Sequence record: OL539459.1
DNA: 51,759 nt
Strand: one strand, 5' to 3'
From: Escherichia phage vB_EcoD_Fulano1
The notes beneath the pieces are model-generated. The model was given only the letters and a program-made list of their open reading frames with translations. It was not told where the DNA came from and did no database searches. The position numbers were made by a program, and so were the translations under genes. Shown here one piece after another: positions 28,985 to 37,506 of the stretch (position 1 is the first letter of the stretch; each line of letters starts with the position of its first letter).

Positions 28985-29458
28985 TTAGCAATTAGTGCTT
29001 TCAGGTTTATACAGGAATCCGCCAGGTTCATAATCTGACATTCTTACCACTCGCAACATTTCACGCTTATCACATCTCTTTGTGAGCGGTTTGCCATTGG
29101 AATCAAATCGCAGGTCTGGACGACAGAATGATGCGCGATAGCCTTGACATCCATATTTTTTGTAATCGTTATGCACCTTTTGAGCGCCAGCGGCTGAAAT
29201 CATACCACGAACGCGCCACTGATTTACAGTTTGCTGGCTAACGTTAAGACGTTTTGCCATTGCTGACACGCTTCCGTAATACTCAATAAGGATGTCAAGT
29301 CGCGCTTTTAGTCCGGCGCGCACTTCATCTTTTAAAACATAGTATCCCGTAGGGCGCTTGCGCTTCTTCTTGTCCTTGCCTCTTCGAGTTCCGTTATTGC
29401 CATTAATTGTGCGCTTGTCAATCTTTCCTGTTGATACTGCGATTCGTTGCTCTTTCAT
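28985..29458 (-). CDS. HTH DNA-binding protein (putative regulator)
   Basis: 157 aa; basic N-terminus RRGKDKKKRKRP; helix-turn-helix-like MAKRLNVSQQTVNQWR; divergent from helicase gene. Confidence 0.5.
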   Translation of the reverse strand: MKEQRIAVSTGKIDKRTINGNNGTRRGKDKKKRKRPTGYYVLKDEVRAGLKARLDILIEYYGSVSAMAKRLNVSQQTVNQWRVRGMISAAGAQKVHNDYKKYGCQGYRASFCRPDLRFDSNGKPLTKRCDKREMLRVVRMSDYEPGGFLYKPESTNC

Positions 29459-29471
29459 TATTCATTCTCCA

Positions 29472-29518
29472 ATAGCATTTTTTGTTAAACGATGATTTAA
29501 TGATTGTGTATTATACAC
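29472..29518 (+). promoter_or_regulatory. helicase promoter region: recurrent element plus 13-bp palindrome GTGTATTATACAC
   Basis: ATAGCATTTTTTGTTAAAC 29472-29490; perfect palindrome 29506-29518 overlapping -10-like TATTAT. Confidence 0.45.
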
Positions 29519-29547
29519 GCCAAATGGCATTACTCAAAGGTTTTAGA

Positions 29548-31593
29548 ATGATTCCAAACATTGAAAAGCAAATATCAGCACTTGGTGAAGCGGTAATTAA
29601 ATCCATTCAGGAGCGATTCACTGTTGGAGAGATTGTGCCTTACCCTTACCAGTGCGTTGCATACGCTGAGATCGCAAAGCGTATGAAAAATTATGAGCAT
29701 CCATTCTTTGTTAAAGCGTCGGTATCGGCTGGCAAAACATTGATGTTTGCAATGGTTGCTCACCAGTGCCGTAAAATGGGCTTGAAAATGATGGTCCTTG
29801 CTCGCCAGGCTGAGATTGTGGATCAGGATTCTGAAGAGATAACAAATCTTGGCGTGCCGAACTCTATCTATTGTGCAGGACTGAAGACAAAAAGCGCATA
29901 CTTTCCGATCGTTGTTGGTTCTGAGGGAACTGTAGTTAATGGACTGTTTAAAGCGCTTGGCGACTATGTTCCGCACGTTATCGGGATTGACGAGTGTCAC
30001 CAGGTGGATTGGGAAGACCTTGCCGACGCAATAGAGAAAGACGAATCATTTTTACAAATGACGACGAAGAAAGGCGAAAAAGTACCAAATCCAGATTATG
30101 ACATAACAAAGGGAAGCAGGAACAGAAATACAGAGTTCCTGATTGGTGAGGATGGCTTGCCAATGGAGGGAACAGGCCGCACACAATACACTGTCATTAT
30201 CATGGAAATGATGCGACGTTGCAGGAAAGCATATGGCCATGAACTGCGCATATTTGGCATGACTGGATCGGAGTTTCGCGGTGTAGTCCCAATACTGGTA
30301 GAAGATAAAAAGCAGAAAGGATTTTGGCGTGAACAGGTTACTAATATTGACACCAACTACCTGATCAAGTTCGGTTCTGTTGTTCCGACTAATTTTGGCG
30401 ACGTTGGCGATCTCGGGTATGACCTTTCAGAGTTTGAGGCATCAAGCGAGGATGGCGTTGCAGACTTTGACGCTAAAACGCTTCGTAGGATGGAACAAAA
30501 AATTCATGAAGAAGCGACCATGACAAAGCGCATCATGGCGAAAGTGCACGAGATCTGTAAAAACCGTAACGGTGTACTTGTGACATGTGCAGGCGAAAGG
30601 CACTGTAAAGAGGCAGCGGCAGCATTGCCACCTGGAACGACTTACAGGATCATTACTGGTAAGACTGGAGATAACCAGCGAAAGGAGTGGTTGAAAGAAG
30701 CATACGAGGGGAAGGTTAAATACATCTTCCAGGTGCAGGCGCTAACTACTGGCGTTAACGTGCCGTTTTGGGATACGTCTGTTATTCTGCGTAAGATTGG
30801 ATCTCTTACGTTGCTGATTCAGCTTTTAGGGCGCGGAATGCGACTACTTAAGAAGTGGCATAAGGAGCAAGGATTCCAGAAAGATGATCATCTCGTCATG
30901 GATTTTTCAGGAACGATGGACGAGCTAGGGGAGCTTTATTTTGATCCGATACTGGAACAGGCGCAGCATCAGAAGCGATTCAGAAATGGTAAAGATCCGA
31001 AGCCTTGTCCTGTTTGCGGAACTCTTAACAGCTATTATGCTCGTCGTTGTATGCACGTAGACGAAAACGGCAACAGATGCGAGTGGTTCTTTAAATTCAG
31101 GACATGTGATGATCAGATTGACCCGCGCACTAAAAAGATTATTCATCGCGGTTGCGGAACGAAGAATGATATTGCGGCCAGGGTATGCAGACATTGCGAC
31201 ATGTCATTGATTGACCCCAACGAGAAGTTAAGCGGAAAGCACTACACAAAAAACGACTGGTTCCAAGTGCAATCTTTCGCGGTTAACATGACGAAAAACC
31301 AGAAAGGGATAATATTTAATTATGAGCTTTCCGATGGCATAGATACTTTCAAGGCGAGAGAGATATTTTTCCCTGAATCTGAAAGCCAAATTTGTCGCGC
31401 AAAATGGCGAAGCGTTGCTCTTAAGCACATACCAGATCGCCGTGTCGCTGGCATGGTCGCGAGCTATCGTAATGCACGAAAAATAATGCAGTATGTGAAT
31501 CACATTATGCCACCATCGCGCGTTACTCACCGCAAGACTAGCAAGGGCGAAGATAATTTGTACAAGAAGGAATTTAATTATGGCAATGACTGA
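29548..31593 (+). CDS. SF2 DNA helicase (DEAH-like)
   Basis: Walker A SVSAGKT, motif II GIDECHQV, C-terminal Cys clusters; start ATG 29548 (RBS AAAGG) chosen, ATG 29524 possible. Confidence 0.7.
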   Translation: MIPNIEKQISALGEAVIKSIQERFTVGEIVPYPYQCVAYAEIAKRMKNYEHPFFVKASVSAGKTLMFAMVAHQCRKMGLKMMVLARQAEIVDQDSEEITNLGVPNSIYCAGLKTKSAYFPIVVGSEGTVVNGLFKALGDYVPHVIGIDECHQVDWEDLADAIEKDESFLQMTTKKGEKVPNPDYDITKGSRNRNTEFLIGEDGLPMEGTGRTQYTVIIMEMMRRCRKAYGHELRIFGMTGSEFRGVVPILVEDKKQKGFWREQVTNIDTNYLIKFGSVVPTNFGDVGDLGYDLSEFEASSEDGVADFDAKTLRRMEQKIHEEATMTKRIMAKVHEICKNRNGVLVTCAGERHCKEAAAALPPGTTYRIITGKTGDNQRKEWLKEAYEGKVKYIFQVQALTTGVNVPFWDTSVILRKIGSLTLLIQLLGRGMRLLKKWHKEQGFQKDDHLVMDFSGTMDELGELYFDPILEQAQHQKRFRNGKDPKPCPVCGTLNSYYARRCMHVDENGNRCEWFFKFRTCDDQIDPRTKKIIHRGCGTKNDIAARVCRHCDMSLIDPNEKLSGKHYTKNDWFQVQSFAVNMTKNQKGIIFNYELSDGIDTFKAREIFFPESESQICRAKWRSVALKHIPDRRVAGMVASYRNARKIMQYVNHIMPPSRVTHRKTSKGEDNLYKKEFNYGND

Positions 31594-31999
31594 TAAAGGC
31601 GATTATCTGGAGTTTTACGAAAGAGATCCGACAGATACACTAAAAGAAGAATCGCACCAGATAGGCGCGTTTCAATGGGTAACTTATGCTCATCCTGAAT
31701 TACTGGCATGGCATACGAAAAACGAGGGCGACAAGGGGATCGCCACCGCAATGATGGATCAGCAAGCTGGGCTTGTTAAGGGCGTAAGTGATTTTATCAT
31801 CCTGATTGGATTAAAAGGTCGTTACCCGTTCGCGGCAATTGAGATGAAGCGCGTCAATAAGTCCGGCAAGGGTAAGGCTTCACCAGTCAGCAAGGACCAA
31901 AAAGCCTTCTTGCGTCGTGTGCGTGAGCTTGGCGGATTCGCTGCCGTAACATACGGATATAAGCAATTCATGATCGCGGTAGAATACATGATGAAATAG
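31580..31999 (+). CDS. VRR-NUC domain nuclease
   Basis: 139 aa; PD-(D/E)xK-like core GVSDFIILIG ... AIEMK. Confidence 0.55.
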   Translation: MAMTDKGDYLEFYERDPTDTLKEESHQIGAFQWVTYAHPELLAWHTKNEGDKGIATAMMDQQAGLVKGVSDFIILIGLKGRYPFAAIEMKRVNKSGKGKASPVSKDQKAFLRRVRELGGFAAVTYGYKQFMIAVEYMMK

Positions 32000-32015
32000 C
32001 ACTTTTTGTTAAAAC
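31996..32015 (+). promoter_or_regulatory. recurrent element ATAGCACTTTTTGTTAAAAC
   Basis: overlaps stop TAG of 31580..31999; hairpin 32017-32034 then CATAAT 32034-32039. Confidence 0.45.
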
Positions 32016-32073
32016 AGGCGCGAAGGATTGCGCCATAATAACACCAGTTCAACAAGCAACAGGTAATTAAGAA

Positions 32074-32775
32074 ATGAGCAAAGAAACTGAAGTGACATTT
32101 GAACAAATAGAACGCGAAACATTCATTGGCAATGCTCTTGCTACTGGTGGTCATTACCAGGCTGTTAAACCAAATCAATATTTCAAAGTGACTGGCAACC
32201 GCTATAACGGCAGCAATACGCCGGACATTGTGCGCGATTTGTGGTCTACTCCGTATGAGCTTGTCGCATGGATGGAAAGCGAATACGGTGATTATGACAT
32301 CGACGCGGCGGCGAGCAAAGAAAATGCCGTATGTGAAAAATTCTACAGCAAGGAAACAAATTGCTTAAAGCGTTGGTGGGGTAGTAATAAGCATATCTGG
32401 CTTAATCCACCGTACAGCAATATTACGCCTTTTGTTAAGAAGGCGATTGAGCAAATGGAACACAACAACCAGATCGACATACTGTTACCTTGCGACACAT
32501 CAACAGGATGGTTTTATGAAGCGCAACAGCGCGCAGCGGAAATCATCTGGATCACTGGAGAAGTTTACCAGGAGGACGGAACAGAATATTCCCGCACAGG
32601 ACGCCTTGCGTTTACCTCGGCTCTTACAGGTAAACCAGTGCAGGGCAACAACAAAGGAAGCGTTATTTTCATCATGCGCGAACTTAAAGAAGGTGAGCAG
32701 CAGAAAACGCGATACGTTAAAATCAGCGACATTTGCCCTTCGGTGGCAGACCGTCGCGCACGGAAACGGAGCTAA
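32074..32775 (+). CDS. dam: DNA N6-adenine methyltransferase (phage Dam-like)
   Basis: 233 aa; catalytic motif WLNPPYSN (NPPY). Confidence 0.75.
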   Translation: MSKETEVTFEQIERETFIGNALATGGHYQAVKPNQYFKVTGNRYNGSNTPDIVRDLWSTPYELVAWMESEYGDYDIDAAASKENAVCEKFYSKETNCLKRWWGSNKHIWLNPPYSNITPFVKKAIEQMEHNNQIDILLPCDTSTGWFYEAQQRAAEIIWITGEVYQEDGTEYSRTGRLAFTSALTGKPVQGNNKGSVIFIMRELKEGEQQKTRYVKISDICPSVADRRARKRS

Positions 32776-32779
32776 AACC

Positions 32780-33037
32780 ATGCAGAAAGAAAGAAGAGTT
32801 TTACTTAATGAAGATGGCGAATTTCTTTTGTATCGCGCTATGGTATGCGATGCAATTGATAAAAACCCTAACGTGAAAAAGATGATTGATTGCGATCCGT
32901 GGGAATTTTCAAGCGCATTAGATATGAGCTTTGAGGAGACAAAAAAACTCCCGCTTGAAAAATGGCACGAACAAATCAGAAATGACATGCAAGAATTTGT
33001 CGATTCTTGGAATTTTCAGAACGGAATGATCCACTAA
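32780..33037 (+). CDS. hypothetical protein
   Basis: ORF track 32432..33037 trimmed to ATG 32780 to remove overlap with dam. Confidence 0.4.
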   Translation: MQKERRVLLNEDGEFLLYRAMVCDAIDKNPNVKKMIDCDPWEFSSALDMSFEETKKLPLEKWHEQIRNDMQEFVDSWNFQNGMIH

Positions 33038-33056
33038 TAGCACTTTTTGTTAAAAC
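33037..33056 (+). promoter_or_regulatory. recurrent element ATAGCACTTTTTGTTAAAAC
   Basis: directly after stop TAA 33035-33037; hairpin 33057-33075 then CATAAT 33075-33080. Confidence 0.45.
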
Positions 33057-33112
33057 GCCCGGCCTTGTGTCGGGCATAATTATTTCATCAAAACGAACAA
33101 GAGGAAAACAAA

Positions 33113-33292
33113 ATGGTTGTTTACGATCCACGCGCTTTTAAAATTGCTCAAGAAGTTTCACGCGAATCTGTTGCTGGCGGTTCGGTTAACGGCTATCAGT
33201 TTGATTGGTCGGCAGCAATGACCTTGCTTAAGGTTGCATATGGTCACGCGCCAATTGAAACAGCGGAGGAATATTATAAGCATGAAGGTTGA
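33113..33292 (+). CDS. hypothetical small protein
   Basis: 59 aa ORF not in track; RBS AAGAGGA; downstream of recurrent element plus hairpin. Confidence 0.3.
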   Translation: MVVYDPRAFKIAQEVSRESVAGGSVNGYQFDWSAAMTLLKVAYGHAPIETAEEYYKHEG

Positions 33293-33524
33293 ACAAGGTA
33301 GGCAGGCTGTATGGGATCACGCAAAGGAATGCGGGATCGCAGAAGACATATCCAGGATAGCGGAATATTTTGATATTGCTGACATAAGCATTATCAGCGG
33401 CGACAAAATGACATTTCTCAATGAACGCCCGCGCAAGATGCATCGCGTCCCAGCAATACCAACAAAGATTGATTTCAAAGAGGCTATGGCGAAAATTCGC
33501 GAGCCGCGAAAATACTACAAATGA
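33282..33524 (+). CDS. hypothetical protein
   Basis: ORF track 33234..33524 trimmed to ATG 33282 behind GGAGG. Confidence 0.35.
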   Translation: MKVEQGRQAVWDHAKECGIAEDISRIAEYFDIADISIISGDKMTFLNERPRKMHRVPAIPTKIDFKEAMAKIREPRKYYK

Positions 33525-33622
33525 GGATTATTATCATGTGGCGTTTGTTACTTTTGCCCTTACCTGTTATGATGGCGATCTCTATTGTATATGTTGTCAT
33601 AATGAGATAAGGAGAATTTTTG

Positions 33623-34753
33623 ATGAAGCAAATCAAAATCACAGATGAACAATTTATCAATGAGCGCAAGCAGGGAAAGACATATAAGCAGATCGCTAAT
33701 GAATATGGCATGAACGTTCGCAGCATTGAGCGCCGCGCGGCACGATTAGCAAAGCAAGGTAAAGTTACAACCATCGGATCACCTGGTTTTGGTGTTACTG
33801 GAGAATCAAAGCTAATTGATAAAGATGGCAATGTGGTTATGACATGGATTAAGACAAGTAAGGACCGCGAACAGTTAGAAGCATTAATGCAGGCCGCTAT
33901 GGATGCATTTAGCGAAGAAGTTCCTCGACTTGATCCACAGCCAGAATCACAAAAGGATTATAGCGAGACGTTATCACTGTATCCGATCTTTGACATGCAC
34001 TTGGGCGCAATGGCGCATAAGCATGAATGCGGCGAGAATTGGGATACAGCAACAGCAGAGCGCGTAATGAATAATTTCATTGATTATTCCATCCAGTGCG
34101 CACCTGATAGTGAGAATGCTGTTTTGCTGATTGGCGGTGATATGCTTCACAGTGACGGACTGGAAGCGGTAACACCTGCAAGCGGTCACGTATTGGATCA
34201 AGATAGTCGATACGCAAAGCTTGTTTATGTTGCCATCCGGTCAGTGCGTCGAGCAATTACAAAGCTGTTATCAAAACACAAAAACGTCGAGATTCAGATC
34301 ATTGAAGGCAACCACGACCAAAGCGGCATGATCTGGTTGCGCGCAGCAATGGCGGCAGCATATGAGAATGAGCCACGAGTGCATGTTGATGTGTCTCCGC
34401 GAGTAGTTCATCACACACAATATGGCAAAACGTTCCTGGCATACCATCACGGGCATACTATCCGCAAACCTGAAACATTGCTAATGATGTGCGCGGCAGA
34501 CTGGCGCGAAGACTTCGGCAATTCAAAAATGATGTATGCTCACGTAGGGCACTGGCATCATCAAACAGTAACTGAAACAAGCCTGGGCATTGTTGAAGTG
34601 CATAGCACTATGGCGGCAAAAGATGCATATGCTGCGCGCGGTGGATGGCGTTCTCGTCGCCGTGCGGCTGTTATTGTTTATGATAAAGAATACGGAGAAG
34701 TAGGGCGATTTATGCATTATCCAGAAATGGCCGATCGAACTTTTAATTATTAA
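33623..34753 (+). CDS. HTH domain + calcineurin-like metallophosphoesterase
   Basis: N-terminal HTH-like KTYKQIANEYGMNVRSIERRAARL; phosphoesterase motifs DMH, GGDMLHSD, GNHD, GHWHH; ATG 33623 behind AAGGAG. Confidence 0.6.
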   Translation: MKQIKITDEQFINERKQGKTYKQIANEYGMNVRSIERRAARLAKQGKVTTIGSPGFGVTGESKLIDKDGNVVMTWIKTSKDREQLEALMQAAMDAFSEEVPRLDPQPESQKDYSETLSLYPIFDMHLGAMAHKHECGENWDTATAERVMNNFIDYSIQCAPDSENAVLLIGGDMLHSDGLEAVTPASGHVLDQDSRYAKLVYVAIRSVRRAITKLLSKHKNVEIQIIEGNHDQSGMIWLRAAMAAAYENEPRVHVDVSPRVVHHTQYGKTFLAYHHGHTIRKPETLLMMCAADWREDFGNSKMMYAHVGHWHHQTVTETSLGIVEVHSTMAAKDAYAARGGWRSRRRAAVIVYDKEYGEVGRFMHYPEMADRTFNY

Positions 34754-34781
34754 AATATCAATATAAATCATCAATTTAATT

Positions 34782-34812
34782 GGGCGTGGCATTTTGCTTC
34801 GCCCTTTTTTTA
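34782..34812 (+). terminator. intrinsic terminator before lysis cassette
   Basis: stem GGGCG/CGCCC then T8. Confidence 0.55.
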
Positions 34813-34884
34813 TTCCTTTTTGTGCGTTCAATGGTTAGGATACAATCAATTAATTGTTGACTTTTATCTACAGGAGATCTAATC

Positions 34885-35100
34885 ATGAAAGATTTTTTAA
34901 ACGCTGCAACTTCCGGCACTGGCGGCGCGTCAATCACTGGCGCGGTAACTGGTCAAACAACTATTGCAATAGCCAGCTTCGTTTTGATGGCTGCATTTGG
35001 TATGTGGGGAGCTTATCTTCGCTGGCGTGATAGTAAGGCGCTACGTGACGCGCTTGAATGCGGTGATATTAAGAAAGCTATTGAGATCAGAGGTAAATAA
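34885..35100 (+). CDS. holin
   Basis: 71 aa, hydrophobic helices, charged C-terminus, directly upstream of endolysin with ATGA overlap. Confidence 0.55.
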   Translation: MKDFLNAATSGTGGASITGAVTGQTTIAIASFVLMAAFGMWGAYLRWRDSKALRDALECGDIKKAIEIRGK

Positions 35101-35588
35101 TGAGTATAAAACAAAGAGTGACCGCTGCGGCTTTTGGCGTTGCTCTTGCCCTTACTTCTCCGCTACTGGAGGAAATAGAAGGAGTAAAACATAAGCCGTA
35201 CAAAGATATTGCTGGGATATGGACGGTTTGCGCCGGAATAACTGGACCTGACGTAATACCAAGTAAAACGTACACACAGAGAGAGTGCGATGCGCTACTG
35301 GCAAAGCATATCAAGATCGCAAAGGATGAAGTTGATAAACGTGTGAAGGTTGAGATTCCTGATACAATGCGCGCGGCAATGTATTCATTCACATACAATG
35401 CTGGCACTGGTGCTTTCAGAAATTCAACCATGCTTAAGCTGATTAATAAAGGACGTTACATGGAAGCGTGCGATCAGTTATGGCGATGGACAAAATACAC
35501 CAATCCAAAAACAGGAAAGAAAGAAACGTCTAAAGGACTGCGCAACCGCCGCGCTGTGGAATTTAAATATTGCATTAAGGATCTGTAA
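35100..35588 (+). CDS. endolysin (lysozyme, probable SAR type)
   Basis: catalytic triad E-x8-D-x5-T ([16 protein letters not shown]); N-terminal hydrophobic Gly/Ala-rich segment resembles signal-anchor-release domain. Confidence 0.8.
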   Translation: MSIKQRVTAAAFGVALALTSPLLEEIEGVKHKPYKDIAGIWTVCAGITGPDVIPSKTYTQRECDALLAKHIKIAKDEVDKRVKVEIPDTMRAAMYSFTYNAGTGAFRNSTMLKLINKGRYMEACDQLWRWTKYTNPKTGKKETSKGLRNRRAVEFKYCIKDL

Positions 35589-35590
35589 TT

Positions 35591-35989
35591 ATGAGAAAGC
35601 TATCAGCAATCGCGATCGCTGTTATTTTGTCTGGATGTTCAAGCGTTATGCCACTGACCGGATTAATCGGTAGTAAGCCGGAAATCACAGCACAGGCAGG
35701 AGCGGAGAACGTAAAGCAGACCGTTGGCGTTACCGCAAAGCAGGACACCAGCACGAAACAGGAAACTACAATAAAGGAATCTGCGGTTGATAAGGTGGAC
35801 ACTTCCAGCAAGAAGGATTTCACTACGTCAACCATTCAGGCTAACACCATCAAGGCCGATAAAATCCAGGTCGTGCAGGGGGAGCAAAGGAAGTGGTACG
35901 ATCCTATAATCTATTGCGCTGCAATTTTCAGTGGTCTTTTGACTATGCTTTACTTTTCCTACCGCAAAGATAACAAAAAGGAGGCTTAA
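35591..35989 (+). CDS. unimolecular spanin (u-spanin)
   Basis: lipoprotein signal MRKLSAIAIAVILSGC plus C-terminal transmembrane helix; architecture of the T1 gp11 u-spanin. Confidence 0.7.
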   Translation: MRKLSAIAIAVILSGCSSVMPLTGLIGSKPEITAQAGAENVKQTVGVTAKQDTSTKQETTIKESAVDKVDTSSKKDFTTSTIQANTIKADKIQVVQGEQRKWYDPIIYCAAIFSGLLTMLYFSYRKDNKKEA

Positions 35990-36004
35990 CGCCTCCTTTG
36001 TTAT
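35980..36004. terminator. bidirectional terminator after lysis cassette
   Basis: stem GGAGGC/GCCTCC, T-rich on both sides. Confidence 0.55.
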
Positions 36005-36243
36005 TCGATACGCTTTACAGTAACCAACAAAACGCCGTCCTCATCACACAAATTATGCTCTGATATGTTAAACGCTCGCATGTCAGAATGAATGAGCGTT
36101 AACATTGCGTGCATGAAGTCGCCATGTGAGATTTGAGAAGTAGCGCAAAACTTAAGAATTTCATCTATCAGTTTACTTTCCATGATTTTCATGATAACCA
36201 AGTTTAGCCTCTGCTTGTTCTCTTGCCATAATTGCATCATCAA
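36001..36243 (-). CDS. hypothetical protein
   Basis: 80 aa ORF, overlaps 3' end of HNH gene. Confidence 0.3.
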   Translation of the reverse strand: MMMQLWQENKQRLNLVIMKIMESKLIDEILKFCATSQISHGDFMHAMLTLIHSDMRAFNISEHNLCDEDGVLLVTVKRIE

Positions 36244-36646
36244 TGCTTGAAAATAATCCTAAATGAATACTCTTACCTTTATCATATATGGTTGCATGCC
36301 ATTTTTTTTCTTTCTTCCTCCAGCACACTCCAACCCTACCAGATTTATTTCTTTTTAGTAGAGATACGTTTTTGCTGTTCTCTAATCTTGATGCAAGCCT
36401 TAAATTTTCAATCCTGTTATCCAACCTATTGTGCCATATATGATCTATCTCCATTCCTTCTGGTATTTTTCCATTGTGCATTTCCCATATTATCCTATGC
36501 GCCAAAAGCAATACACCATTATACCTTATTCTTACATAGCCATTTTTATCTACACATCCAGCAACGCTTCCTGGCTTTGCTTTTCCCCTTCTGTTTCTCC
36601 ATCTCAATATTCCATTGTCATATATAAATATTTTATTCCAATCCAT
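36173..36646 (-). CDS. HNH homing endonuclease (HNH + AP2-like domain), copy 1
   Basis: motifs HRIIWEMHNG, IDHIWHNRLDNRIENLRL and AP2-like C-terminal segment. Confidence 0.75.
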   Translation of the reverse strand: MDWNKIFIYDNGILRWRNRRGKAKPGSVAGCVDKNGYVRIRYNGVLLLAHRIIWEMHNGKIPEGMEIDHIWHNRLDNRIENLRLASRLENSKNVSLLKRNKSGRVGVCWRKKEKKWHATIYDKGKSIHLGLFSSIDDAIMAREQAEAKLGYHENHGK

Positions 36647-37025
36647 ATCTTTTCCTTAGAGCTTCTATTTGTTGTCTATTAGCATTTGACGTAAACAATT
36701 CTTCATCGCTCATTTCTCCGATCCTTAAAACATCCCTTACCCATTCGTTTTGCATACCTTCCAGGCTGTAAAGTTCAAACGAGAATGGGCGATTTGCTGA
36801 TCCTTTCTTACACCAGAACTTTCCACCAACTCCATCAAGATAACCAGCGGTCATCATTCTTGAGCAAAATTCTTTTGAAACGGCAGTTGCAAACATCCTC
36901 GGCGTAAATCCTGCGGCCCTTGCGAGCCGCTCACATTCTCTATGCTGAAATATAAATTTCGCTATATGTTGACGTGTAAAATAGTCAAAGGATTCGCACC
37001 ACCTATATAGGTCAAGAATAAACAA
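36633..37025 (-). CDS. hypothetical protein
   Basis: 130 aa ORF wedged between two HNH genes. Confidence 0.4.
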   Translation of the reverse strand: MFILDLYRWCESFDYFTRQHIAKFIFQHRECERLARAAGFTPRMFATAVSKEFCSRMMTAGYLDGVGGKFWCKKGSANRPFSFELYSLEGMQNEWVRDVLRIGEMSDEELFTSNANRQQIEALRKRYGLE

Positions 37026-37028
37026 AAC

Positions 37029-37502
37029 TTATCCCCCGTGATTTTTGTGATAGCCAAGTTTTTCTTCTGCTAGTTTTCTTGCGTCTATAGCGTCACTTAT
37101 ATCTAAAAATCTCCCAAGATGTTTTATTCCATTATCTGTCTTTATCTGCGCCTTCCACTTGCCAGAGTAATTATCAAAGTAAACGCCAGTTACACCAGAT
37201 CTATTATTTTTTGATCTTGATTTGTTTTTACTATTCTCCTTGCATGTTACAAGCCTCAAGTTTTCTATCCTGTTATCGGTTCTTATGTGATTTATGTGAT
37301 CTATCTGCATTCCATCAGGAATATCTCCGTTAAACATTTCCCAAACTATCCTATGCACTCTCCTGAATCTATATCCTACATTAACCTGCAAGTATCCATC
37401 AGGTAGCATCCTACCAGCAGGCTCTCCAGCCTTGACGCGACCATAACTACGCTTCCAACGAAGTATTCCATTGTCATAATCAAAAACATCATGCCAATTC
37501 AT
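37029..37502 (-). CDS. HNH homing endonuclease, copy 2
   Basis: paralog of copy 1: NGILRW, HRIVWEMFNG, IDHINH...DNRIENLRL. Confidence 0.75.
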   Translation of the reverse strand: MNWHDVFDYDNGILRWKRSYGRVKAGEPAGRMLPDGYLQVNVGYRFRRVHRIVWEMFNGDIPDGMQIDHINHIRTDNRIENLRLVTCKENSKNKSRSKNNRSGVTGVYFDNYSGKWKAQIKTDNGIKHLGRFLDISDAIDARKLAEEKLGYHKNHGG

Positions 37503-37506
37503 AAAG

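Noticed and set aside
32432-32779. 5' extension of ORF 32432..33037 overlapping dam by ~340 nt
   Set aside because: TTG-initiated extension in another frame of the dam gene; the downstream ATG 32780 with an RBS gives a non-overlapping gene.
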